Positions 9,288 to 17,223 of a DNA stretch of 64,000 nucleotides are shown here, in pieces. The notes beneath the pieces were generated by a model, which saw only the letters and a program-made list of their open reading frames with translations, did not search any database and had not been told where the DNA came from. Position 1 is the first letter of the stretch; the number at the start of each line of letters is the position of its first letter. The DNA comes from an uncultured bacterium (GTDB lineage: Bacteria > Bipolaricaulota > Bipolaricaulia > UBA7950 > UBA9294): positions 39,467 to 103,466 of the forward strand of contig CBDUVB010000002.1 of NCBI GenBank assembly GCA_965370555.1, in the 5' to 3' direction. A program made the translations under genes and the position numbers.

Positions 9288-9635
9288 TACCCCATCCTAC
9301 AAGACACTAGAGTCTAGATCCTATTACGTGATGCTTGGACATGTAGAAGAAGCGAACCACAAATGACCAAGACAGGCTTCGGGCAGATCTTGGTTTTCGA
9401 CCTCGTCATGCATGACGATACGCCTGATTGTAGAATAGAGCACCTCTACGCACTTTCGCTAATTGGGGTATCCCGATCACCGTCTCACAGACCTTTCGAA
9501 TATTCAACGTATCCCCCCATGAACAAGTACGCACGTTAATAGATGAAAGGAGTGTACAGGTTAAAAGAGGGAACTGTCAAATCTTGTGAAGGGCGGAAAA
9601 TCTAAAGAACGCATCCTTGGCAAAACTATCTGTTT

Positions 9636-9753
9636 GGGAAGATCAAGCTCGTCGCCGAACAAGGTGTGTCGTTCGGCCTTTGCGTCCCCTTCGAGAATCC
9701 TCGTGTGGCGAGCCTGCAGGGCCTGCTCGCAGCGGAAGGGGTCGCCAAAAGGC
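9636..9753. repeat. Copy 3 (partial) of the holA 5-prime direct repeat
   Basis: About 105 bp near-identical to 2414-2523 (ggaagatcaagctcgtcgccgaacaaggtgtgtcgttcggcctttgcgtccccttcgagaatcctcgtgtggcgagcctgcagggcctgctcgcagcggaa), then decays. Confidence 0.8.
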
Positions 9754-9843
9754 CTGCAACTGAACTGCTGTTCATGCTCATCTTGCATGCAACAACCCTC
9801 TTCCTTGTTCTGCTGGATATTCGCGGCTAATCTCAATGACGAC

Positions 9844-10419
9844 ATGCCAGCAATCTCGCGAGTGTGCGATGAGATCATCTCCGTCATCAGCGATAGCCTA
9901 CAAGGTGAGAACCACACGTGTATCATCATCCACGGGGAAATTGGGGTAGGGAAGACACGTCTCGCGGAACAGCTTGCCGCGGCACTTATCGAACGCAGGA
10001 TCAAGACCGGAGGAGTTCTCTCTCCCCGGATTCTCGATGGGAATGAAACCATTGGCTACACGATTCACGATCTCTCAACAGGTGAGGAAGAGCCGTTCAT
10101 CAGGCTGACCCCACCAGGGATCCCGATTGGCAAATTCTATCTGATGGAAGATGGATTAGCATTTGCTCGTGCAGCGATCGAACACGCTACAAGAGCCATG
10201 CAAGTCGTATTCGTCGATGAGGTCGGTCGTCTCGAGTGCGATGGTAAAGGACACGCCCCGGCTGTGCGAACGCTATTACGCTCGCAAGCACTTCCGGTGC
10301 TCCTCGTTCGCTCCTCTTTTGTCGAGCGAGTGGTTGAGACCTTCGGGATCGCGCGCTATGAGCTCCTTTCCGTCGAATCAGGCCTCTCGGATTTCCTTCC
10401 GGAAGAAGGACGCCCATGA
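9844..10419 (+). CDS. P-loop NTPase, THEP1-like (COG1618)
   Basis: Walker A GEIGVGKT, KTGGVLSPRI...GYTIHDLSTGEE and Walker B VVFVDEVGRLE match nucleoside-triphosphatase THEP1 layout; start placed at ATG 9844 after the repeat (longer ORF 9586.. runs through the repeat and is rejected). Confidence 0.6.
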   Translation: MPAISRVCDEIISVISDSLQGENHTCIIIHGEIGVGKTRLAEQLAAALIERRIKTGGVLSPRILDGNETIGYTIHDLSTGEEEPFIRLTPPGIPIGKFYLMEDGLAFARAAIEHATRAMQVVFVDEVGRLECDGKGHAPAVRTLLRSQALPVLLVRSSFVERVVETFGIARYELLSVESGLSDFLPEEGRP

Positions 10420-10832
10420 GCGATCGGTTCTGGGAGATCGTTGAAGGAGTTAGGTTTCCCATCTTTGTGACCAATGGAAAGGACGGGTTTCCACAGGCGC
10501 GGCCGATGACCATCCTTCTCCGTGCGGGGAGGGCCATCTGGTTTGCCACCTCCCGAAGATCGAATAAGGTGAGTGAGATCGCGGCCGACCCAAGAGTGAC
10601 GATCTTCTTTATCGATACGGTTCTATTCAACTACGCTTATCTGCACGGGCGGGCGCGCCTTATCACAGACTCGGAGGAGAAGCGAAAGCTCTGGCAGGAG
10701 GCCTGGACGGATGATTGGCCGGAAGGGCCGTCCGATCCGGACTACGTTCTCATCGAGGTAGTGGGGGAGTACGGCACGTACTACTACGGCGATAGCGATG
10801 AGTCCGGTGATGTGACGTTGTTTTTACATTAA
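10416..10832 (+). CDS. Pyridoxamine 5-prime-phosphate oxidase family protein (general stress protein 26-like)
   Basis: 138 aa; PMTILLRAG...IWFATSRRSNKVSEIAADPRVTIFF pattern typical of PPOX-class small FMN/F420-binding split-barrel proteins; 4-bp overlap with NTPase gene. Confidence 0.55.
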   Translation: MSDRFWEIVEGVRFPIFVTNGKDGFPQARPMTILLRAGRAIWFATSRRSNKVSEIAADPRVTIFFIDTVLFNYAYLHGRARLITDSEEKRKLWQEAWTDDWPEGPSDPDYVLIEVVGEYGTYYYGDSDESGDVTLFLH

Positions 10833-10865
10833 GGCGCAGCGTTTCATGGACTTCTGTAGAAGATC

Positions 10866-13586
10866 TTATTTTGAAGACACGTCAAGAGTTGTCACTGGAA
10901 CGCCGGTAATCTCCTGTATGCGTTTGACAATCCAGCCATGACATGTAAACAGAAACACTTGGCGCTTCTGCGCAATCTGGGAAAGGATCTGTACCCCTGT
11001 CTCGAAACGTTGATCATCCCAGTTAATCAGTACTTCATCTAATACAAGCGGTAGATGTTCATATGCTTCGTCTAGGTGGTCAATCACGGCCAGTCTAAAC
11101 GCAAGGAAGATCTGATCAAGTGTCCCGCCACTTAACGGAAAAGCAATTGGACGATCTTCTCCTGATTTGCTGATCACTGCCAACCGTTCTTCTTCATCTT
11201 CCAGTGTGATGATGCGAGTGTAGCGCCCACTGGTTATCGTGTTTAAATACTCACCGGCCCGCTTCAGTACATCAGGTTGGTGTTCTTCACGAAACTGCCG
11301 ATCAGCTTCCCTTAGTAAAGAAGCAAGCAGCATCAAGCGGTCATGCCGAGTACACACGTCCTCTATCTGTTCCTCGATGCTTTCTATCTTGCCGTCGAAC
11401 TCGCCCACTGAAACATCTCCACGAGCATTATCTATCTCGTTTTGCAATCTGGTTCCTTCTTCTCGCAGACGCTGCAGCTCTCCATCCTTGTCTTGGAGTT
11501 TGTCCCGCCTGATACGTGACTTCTCCACTTCCTCCTGATCTAGGACCCAGGCATCTACGTTGCCTTCTTCTAGATGGTGAATCTCTTCTTGCAATTCAGG
11601 CAGATCTGGATGATCCATCTCTAGTTGTTCTTCGATGTTCTGAATCTTTCTCAGGATCCCTTGCAGTTCAGCGGCTCTTTTCAAGGTCTCATTCGGTGGC
11701 AAATTTTCCACCACGACTTGAGTGACATGCTTCATGAACTCATCACGTGCTCCCGTAGCATCCTGTAGGGCTTTCTTTACCTCCTCTAGTTTTCCATTCA
11801 TATCCTTAATATGCCTAGCAGCCTGGTTGAAGTCTCGCTGGTGATCCTTAGCCGTATCAAGGCGGTCTTCCAGACGATTTACTGCCTCTAGGCTCGCTTT
11901 CTGCTCTCCAAATTCTCCCACCAATTCTTGCAATTCGTGTTGAGCGGCCTCCCAGTTTTCTTGTTGCTCTTGGAGGTGATAAGTCTTTTGCTTCCTTTCG
12001 CCGACATATAACCGCAGGCCCTCTACCGCCTGGTAGAGGAAGAGGTCGGGTTTCTCGATCAAGGCTGCGGCAAGAGGTAGGTCTTTCAGGATCTCTTTTA
12101 CCTCCTCGCGTGCCTCGTTCCGTGCACCATCTGCTTCCCGCTTCTGTTTTTGCAGTCGCTCAATCTCGTCCTGGCGCTGAGCTTCCAGGAGGCTGCGCTG
12201 ATGTCGGATGAAGAAGTTAAACACCAAAGCCGTAATGCCGATCAGTGTCAGGGTAGATCCAGGTGTGATAGCGGCGTGGGAGAACCAGATCCCGAGCAAG
12301 ACTGCCAGGAGACCTACTGTGATAGCTCCCACTGTAGCCCAGCCGGGCAGTTCGCCGATCATCCGTACGGGAGCAACACTTTCGATTGCAGTTTGCCGCT
12401 GTTCGACTGCCTTCTCCTTCTCCTGGAAGTTGTTGGTTCTTGTCTTTAACTCAGGGAGTACTATCCCTTCAACGGTTAGAGAAAAATCATCACGCCAGGG
12501 CTCGGCAAGGATACTCGCAGCAGTCGATTCCAGAGATCGCTGGAGCTCATCCACATCACGCTCGATCTTCTCTATGTTATGTTGTTCCTGCTCATGAGCG
12601 GTCACACGATGTGCCCAACTATCAATCTTTTCTGCACGTTCCAGAATAGAGCGATCTTCCTCGATGAATCGTTCCTGAACATCAAGTTGTGTCTTCCCTT
12701 CTTCTTTCAGTCGTTTGATAGCTTGCTCTGCGTCTTCGACATGGTCGCACAAGTGCCTGTATTCAGTCTCCAAGCCATCTGGTAGGCGTTGGGTTGCCTC
12801 AATATCAGGGATATTAGAGTGCCACTTTCCAATCTTATCCAGCCACTTTTTTAGTGGAAGCAGCAGATCGGCCTTGCGTAACTGCGCACTCAGTTTGGCT
12901 AGCTCTTCTTCAAGAGTACTTATCAGTTTTTCGACTTCGTGAGTCCTTTTCGCTTTATTGCGTATGGCCTGATCTCTTTCCACGGTCTGCTTACGGTCTT
13001 TCCTAGCGTCCTTCAATTTGCCTCTAAGATCTACGTACAGGGGCTTCCCCCTCTTATCGTTCCGCCAAAGTTTTTGGGCCTGCTTCTCAAGGTCAGCGAT
13101 GACCTGCCGTGTCGGGTTGAGTAGCTCGGCACCAAGCCCACTAAGCAATAGGTCGTCGATCTGCTTTCTCTGTGCTTTCTCAAGCGAGCGCATGTTCGCC
13201 TGGGTGAGCGCGTATAGCGCTTTGTAGAGAGTCATACTCACATGCTGCACGAAGGGGAGGTCGTGGTTGGCTAGCTCCTGGGCGCGGTCATCGCGGATGA
13301 GACGCCCCTGGGGAGTACTTGTCAGCTTCCTCCATACCTCTGCCCGAGTGCCATCCTGAAGAGTTAGCACTGCTCGTAGTTCGGGGTATCTATCCACATG
13401 CCATGGGTGGTAGGGAAAATCCGACACGGGATAAAAACCGTACAAAAGGGTGGTCAGAAGGTTGAATAGCGTGGACTTCCCGGCTTCATTCAAGCCGTGG
13501 ACAATCACCAAGTTTTCGGATACGTTCGGAATGCTGCGGTCGACAAAACAACCAAATGAGCCGATCTCTAGCTTCTCAACTCTCAT
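10866..13586 (-). CDS. YhaN/SbcE-like AAA ATPase (SbcC-related, long coiled coil, internal 2-TM hairpin)
   Basis: 906 aa; N-terminal Walker A GLNEAGKST, extensive heptad-rich middle, hydrophobic hairpin WATVGAITVGLLAVLLGIWF...LTLIGITALVFNFFI, C-terminal Walker B PLVLDEVLINWDD. Confidence 0.75.
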   Translation of the reverse strand: MRVEKLEIGSFGCFVDRSIPNVSENLVIVHGLNEAGKSTLFNLLTTLLYGFYPVSDFPYHPWHVDRYPELRAVLTLQDGTRAEVWRKLTSTPQGRLIRDDRAQELANHDLPFVQHVSMTLYKALYALTQANMRSLEKAQRKQIDDLLLSGLGAELLNPTRQVIADLEKQAQKLWRNDKRGKPLYVDLRGKLKDARKDRKQTVERDQAIRNKAKRTHEVEKLISTLEEELAKLSAQLRKADLLLPLKKWLDKIGKWHSNIPDIEATQRLPDGLETEYRHLCDHVEDAEQAIKRLKEEGKTQLDVQERFIEEDRSILERAEKIDSWAHRVTAHEQEQHNIEKIERDVDELQRSLESTAASILAEPWRDDFSLTVEGIVLPELKTRTNNFQEKEKAVEQRQTAIESVAPVRMIGELPGWATVGAITVGLLAVLLGIWFSHAAITPGSTLTLIGITALVFNFFIRHQRSLLEAQRQDEIERLQKQKREADGARNEAREEVKEILKDLPLAAALIEKPDLFLYQAVEGLRLYVGERKQKTYHLQEQQENWEAAQHELQELVGEFGEQKASLEAVNRLEDRLDTAKDHQRDFNQAARHIKDMNGKLEEVKKALQDATGARDEFMKHVTQVVVENLPPNETLKRAAELQGILRKIQNIEEQLEMDHPDLPELQEEIHHLEEGNVDAWVLDQEEVEKSRIRRDKLQDKDGELQRLREEGTRLQNEIDNARGDVSVGEFDGKIESIEEQIEDVCTRHDRLMLLASLLREADRQFREEHQPDVLKRAGEYLNTITSGRYTRIITLEDEEERLAVISKSGEDRPIAFPLSGGTLDQIFLAFRLAVIDHLDEAYEHLPLVLDEVLINWDDQRFETGVQILSQIAQKRQVFLFTCHGWIVKRIQEITGVPVTTLDVSSK

Positions 13587-14824
13587 CGCTTCTGCTCCGG
13601 TACCAACCGGGATGCAGCCTCGCGACCCATATTATTTGCTAACCCCCGTAAGTAATGCCGCACGTCTTCGGTGTTCGAACGGGCCAAGTCCTTGGGGGTA
13701 ATGCAATCTAATAATTCGTCGTCCGTGGATAACCTCTCAAGCAACTCCAGGGCTTCGCCTAACACCGTTGGACTACCTACATAACTTTCCACGTCCACCG
13801 GTCGCACAAGAGAACGGGGCCGTATCTCAAGCCAGGTAATATTCGTTTCGTTCTGAACGATCTCCTCTAAATCTTGCAAACTTTCCGGTTTGTTTATTTC
13901 ATCAGCCAGGGAAGATTCCCCCGTTAGGGTGACACGCACTAAGTGCTCTCGACCGTCATCTAGATCTATCTTTTGGCGAAGGCGTGCCGCCAACTCTGCT
14001 GTTAACTCGGCATCTGTGCATGCGTTCTCAGGGCATGCGAGTTCAACGTGATCCCATACGAGAGGTGAAAGGGGTATGAACTCTGGCTCAATCACGTCCC
14101 TCTTCGATACTTCCACGTAGAGCGCGCCTTTGACACCAGTCTCTCTAGGGTTTCGGCCCTGTATATTGCCGGGGTACCAAGCCGGTAGACTATCAGATAT
14201 CCGTTGGCGTACGTGAATATGCCCTAGCGCCCAGTAATCATAGCCTGGTAATTCAAGATCTTTTTCGGTACATGGAGCATAGCGCTCATGTTGATCTGCG
14301 CTCCTCGCATTGACAACTTGTGTGTGGAGCATTGCCACATGTGGTAAATCATCTTTGGCTTTTTTGTACCGAGTAGCCAAATTGCTACCTTCGCGCGTTG
14401 AGCTGTGTCCAGCAGCAGTTAACCACCCTATCTGCTGTCCTTTACGGTCAACGATTGGGACGGTTTCAGGAGTAGTACTGGTGAATAGATGCACATTACT
14501 CGGCCATTCGAGTTTCTGTGCACGGTAGTTCGCACGGCCGGGATCATGGTTCCCAGTTGCGTAGAAAACTGGGATTCGCGCATTCTGCAGTTTGCACATC
14601 TCAGTCAAGAGAAACCTCTCCGTCGTAAACGACAGTAACTCATTGTCAAACAAATCACCCGCTATGAGAAACGCATGAACATCTCGTTCGATAGCTGCAT
14701 CCACCGCTCCTTTGAACGCCTCTCGACAGGCATTCCGCAATTTTCGGCGCAATAATTCATCACGTCCGTAAAAAGGGGTATCTAGATGAACGTCAGCAAT
14801 ATGCAAAAGGCGTAACGCTTCCAC
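13583..14824 (-). CDS. YhaO/SbcF-like calcineurin-type metallophosphoesterase (SbcD-related nuclease)
   Basis: 413 aa; LHIADVHLD...FLIAGDLFD...ATGNHD...GHIH phosphoesterase motifs; 4-bp overlap with YhaN-like gene. Confidence 0.8.
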   Translation of the reverse strand: MEALRLLHIADVHLDTPFYGRDELLRRKLRNACREAFKGAVDAAIERDVHAFLIAGDLFDNELLSFTTERFLLTEMCKLQNARIPVFYATGNHDPGRANYRAQKLEWPSNVHLFTSTTPETVPIVDRKGQQIGWLTAAGHSSTREGSNLATRYKKAKDDLPHVAMLHTQVVNARSADQHERYAPCTEKDLELPGYDYWALGHIHVRQRISDSLPAWYPGNIQGRNPRETGVKGALYVEVSKRDVIEPEFIPLSPLVWDHVELACPENACTDAELTAELAARLRQKIDLDDGREHLVRVTLTGESSLADEINKPESLQDLEEIVQNETNITWLEIRPRSLVRPVDVESYVGSPTVLGEALELLERLSTDDELLDCITPKDLARSNTEDVRHYLRGLANNMGREAASRLVPEQKR

Positions 14825-14939
14825 GTTTTTCCTCCTCCCTTCACAGGAATTCTAACGCAAACAGGTTATAGGAGCCAGTCAAAAGATATGGAGATGCCAA
14901 GCGAAAGGCAATAAGCGTGTTCAAACTGCACACACCTAC

Positions 14940-15443
14940 ATGGAGCTTTCCCGCAAAGCTTACTGGGATCAGTTCCCACGAACCCCGGAGATGGTCATCA
15001 TGTTCGTTCCAAGTGAAGCCAGTCTCTCCGCCGCCTTTGAGCAGGATCCGGATCTATTGGAGTTCGGCGTGGGTAAACGTGTCCTGATTACTACACCCCT
15101 CATCCTGCTCGCCCTACTGCGCGCTGTGGCTTACGGTTGGCAGCAGCAGCAGATCGCGGAGAACGCCCGTGAGATCGCAGCGCAGGGTAAGGACTTATAC
15201 GATCGAGTGATCCGATTCCTCGAACTATTCCAGAGGACGGGCAAAGGCTTAGGCCAGGCGGTCGAGGCGTACGACAGCGCGATCGGATCACTAGAAAGGA
15301 GACTCCTTCCTTCAGCTAGGCGATTCAAAGAACTGAACGCATCAACCAAAGATCTCCCCGAGCTAACGCCAGTGAACCGTCAGCCCCGCCCACTCTCCTC
15401 CCCTGAGTCCTCCGAGACGGATGTCTCCGAGGCGGTGGAATAG
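14940..15443 (+). pseudogene. rmuC: DNA recombination protein RmuC, C-terminal fragment only (5-prime truncated)
   Basis: 167 aa matching the RmuC C-terminal domain (MVIMFVPSEASLSAAFEQDPDLLEFGVGKRVLITTPLILLALLRAVAYGWQQ); the N-terminal two-thirds of a normal 450-aa RmuC is absent, and the yhaO-like gene start lies 116 bp upstream on the other strand. Confidence 0.6.
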
Positions 15444-15639
15444 GTTTTCACCGAACGGAAAAGGAGGCCAAAAAGAGGCCCCCTTTTCGCTACTACCGGT
15501 AGTAGAAAGGCGGTCTACGCGATAGCGGAGATAACAATAAGCGTATGCCTACCTATCACGCGACCGTCGTTGTCCCTGAAGGAATGGACTTCAGTCACCC
15601 TCGGCGGTTAGAACCCGTACTGTTTGGCCTCTTGTCGCC

Positions 15640-15860
15640 TTTGGGAGAGGCACAGGCATTTCTCTCGCCCGTTCGTTGTACTCACTCAAGCCGCCAAGAT
15701 CGCCAAGAAGAGCCAGTTTTATGTCTACTGCCTGTAGTTCTTTCCTTTCTTCTTGCTGTTCTCTGCGCCTTTGCGTCTTTGCGAGAGGCACAGGCTTTTT
15801 CTCTCGCCCGTTCGTTGTGCTCACTCAAGCCACAAAGGTGTCGCGACACCAAGATCGCCA
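15640..15860 (-). repeat. Two tandem copies of an 85-bp hairpin-containing intergenic repeat (same family as 35150-35345, opposite orientation)
   Basis: ttgggagaggcacaggcatttctctcgcccgttcgttgtactcactcaagcc at 15646-15700 and ttgcgagaggcacaggctttttctctcgcccgttcgttgtgctcactcaagcc at 15784-15845; reverse complement matches ggcttgagtgagtgtaacgaacgggcgagagaaaaggc...ctctcgcaaagacgcagag at 35260-35330. Confidence 0.75.
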
Positions 15861-15872
15861 AGGAGGGCAGCG

Positions 15873-17222
15873 TTATTTTAGCTCTGTCACGAGGCGATCG
15901 AGGTTCATATCCCGCGATCCCTTGACGAGGATAATGTTGCGCTTCCCTTTCAAAGCTTTACGGACGGAATCGGCGAGGCCCTCTTGGCTGGAGAAGATGA
16001 AGGTTCCAGTGGGGGTATCCTTGACGGCTCCTCGAGCCGCCTCTGTGGCGAGATCACCTACCGGAAAGATCGGCCCGATTCCAAGGCGGAGGGCAAGATC
16101 GATCATCTCATGATGGAATCGCGGGGAATCCTCACCCAGGTCAAGCATATTCCCGAAGACGAACCCCCGCCGGTCCGTGGGTAGATCGAGCGAGGCAAGG
16201 GTGAAGAGGGCCGCCCGCGTGGAATCGGGGTTGGCGTTGTAGGTGTCATCGAGGAGGTGTCCAAATGGAGCGGGAAGGAGGTTCAAGCGGTGGAGAAACG
16301 GCTTGAATGTTCTCATTCGGTTCTCGATCGTCTCTTTTGCGAGGCCTAGTTCGAGAGCGCAGGCGACGGCGGATAAGATGTTAGTGGCGTTATGCCGCCC
16401 GAGGAGGTTCGTTTCCAGCCGAAGGGGTGGATTTTCCGTCTCGATGATGAGGCCGGGGCGCGCTCCGACGACCTTTCCATGTACCATCCCACCTTGAAGG
16501 CCAACTGAGATGATCTCTCCCGGCCACCCATCTGCGAACCGGGAGAGCTCCGGGCAGTCGAGGTTGATGATCGCGCTCCCCTGTGACGGGAGTGCACGAA
16601 CGAGTTCCCACTTCTCCTGTGCGATCGTCTCTATACTTCCAAACCCGGAGAGGTGGCCGTGTCCGACCATCGTAAGGATAGCGATCTGCGGGGCGAGGAG
16701 CGCTGCGAGGGGGGCGATCTCTCCTGGCGCGCTTGCCCCCAACTCGAAGATCCCGACCTGTGCGTTGGACGGCATCGCTAGTAACGCGAGGGGGAGACCG
16801 ATCTCGGTGTTGTAGTTGTGCGGGGCGGAGAAGACACGAAGGTCTCTCTCCAGTATATGGGCGAGGATGGCCTTAGTCGTCGTCTTTCCACAGGTGCCGG
16901 TAATCCCGACGAACGTCGCGGGCAACTCGCTCCGCCAAGCAGAGGCAAGGGAGGAGAGTGCGACTTGAGTGTCCTCGACCACGATCAGGTTGCGCCCGTT
17001 CTCGGGGATCGTTCCGGTCTCCGAGACGAGCGCTCCGCAGGCCCCACGCATGAACGCCTCTTCCAGGAAGGCGTGTCCGTCGGTACGTGCCCCTTTGAGC
17101 GCGACAAAGAGATCCCCTTTTTGAACGAGACGGGAATCGTGGATCGCCCGTAGGGGCGTCTCCTCTCTCCCCCTTAGGAGATGCCCGTTCAGCATTCTCG
17201 CGATCTCGCCGATGGAGAACAC
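15873..17222 (-). CDS. murF: UDP-N-acetylmuramoyl-tripeptide--D-alanyl-D-alanine ligase (MurF)
   Basis: 449 aa; Mur ligase P-loop GITGTCGKTTTK, N-terminal MurF-specific domain, C-terminal Mur ligase domain. Confidence 0.85.
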   Translation of the reverse strand: MFSIGEIARMLNGHLLRGREETPLRAIHDSRLVQKGDLFVALKGARTDGHAFLEEAFMRGACGALVSETGTIPENGRNLIVVEDTQVALSSLASAWRSELPATFVGITGTCGKTTTKAILAHILERDLRVFSAPHNYNTEIGLPLALLAMPSNAQVGIFELGASAPGEIAPLAALLAPQIAILTMVGHGHLSGFGSIETIAQEKWELVRALPSQGSAIINLDCPELSRFADGWPGEIISVGLQGGMVHGKVVGARPGLIIETENPPLRLETNLLGRHNATNILSAVACALELGLAKETIENRMRTFKPFLHRLNLLPAPFGHLLDDTYNANPDSTRAALFTLASLDLPTDRRGFVFGNMLDLGEDSPRFHHEMIDLALRLGIGPIFPVGDLATEAARGAVKDTPTGTFIFSSQEGLADSVRKALKGKRNIILVKGSRDMNLDRLVTELK

Positions 17223-17223
17223 T

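Noticed and set aside
9586-9843. ORF-track start of the 277-aa ORF (9586..10419), giving an N-terminal extension through the holA repeat copy
   Set aside because: The extension is translated repeat DNA (low-complexity, Cys/Ser-rich) with no RBS; a proper ATG at 9844 precedes the P-loop, so the gene is called 9844..10419.
15545-15925. 126-aa plus-strand ORF spanning the 15.7-kb repeat pair
   Set aside because: Its translation consists of the tandem repeat units; no RBS, repetitive composition; interpreted as non-coding repeat DNA.
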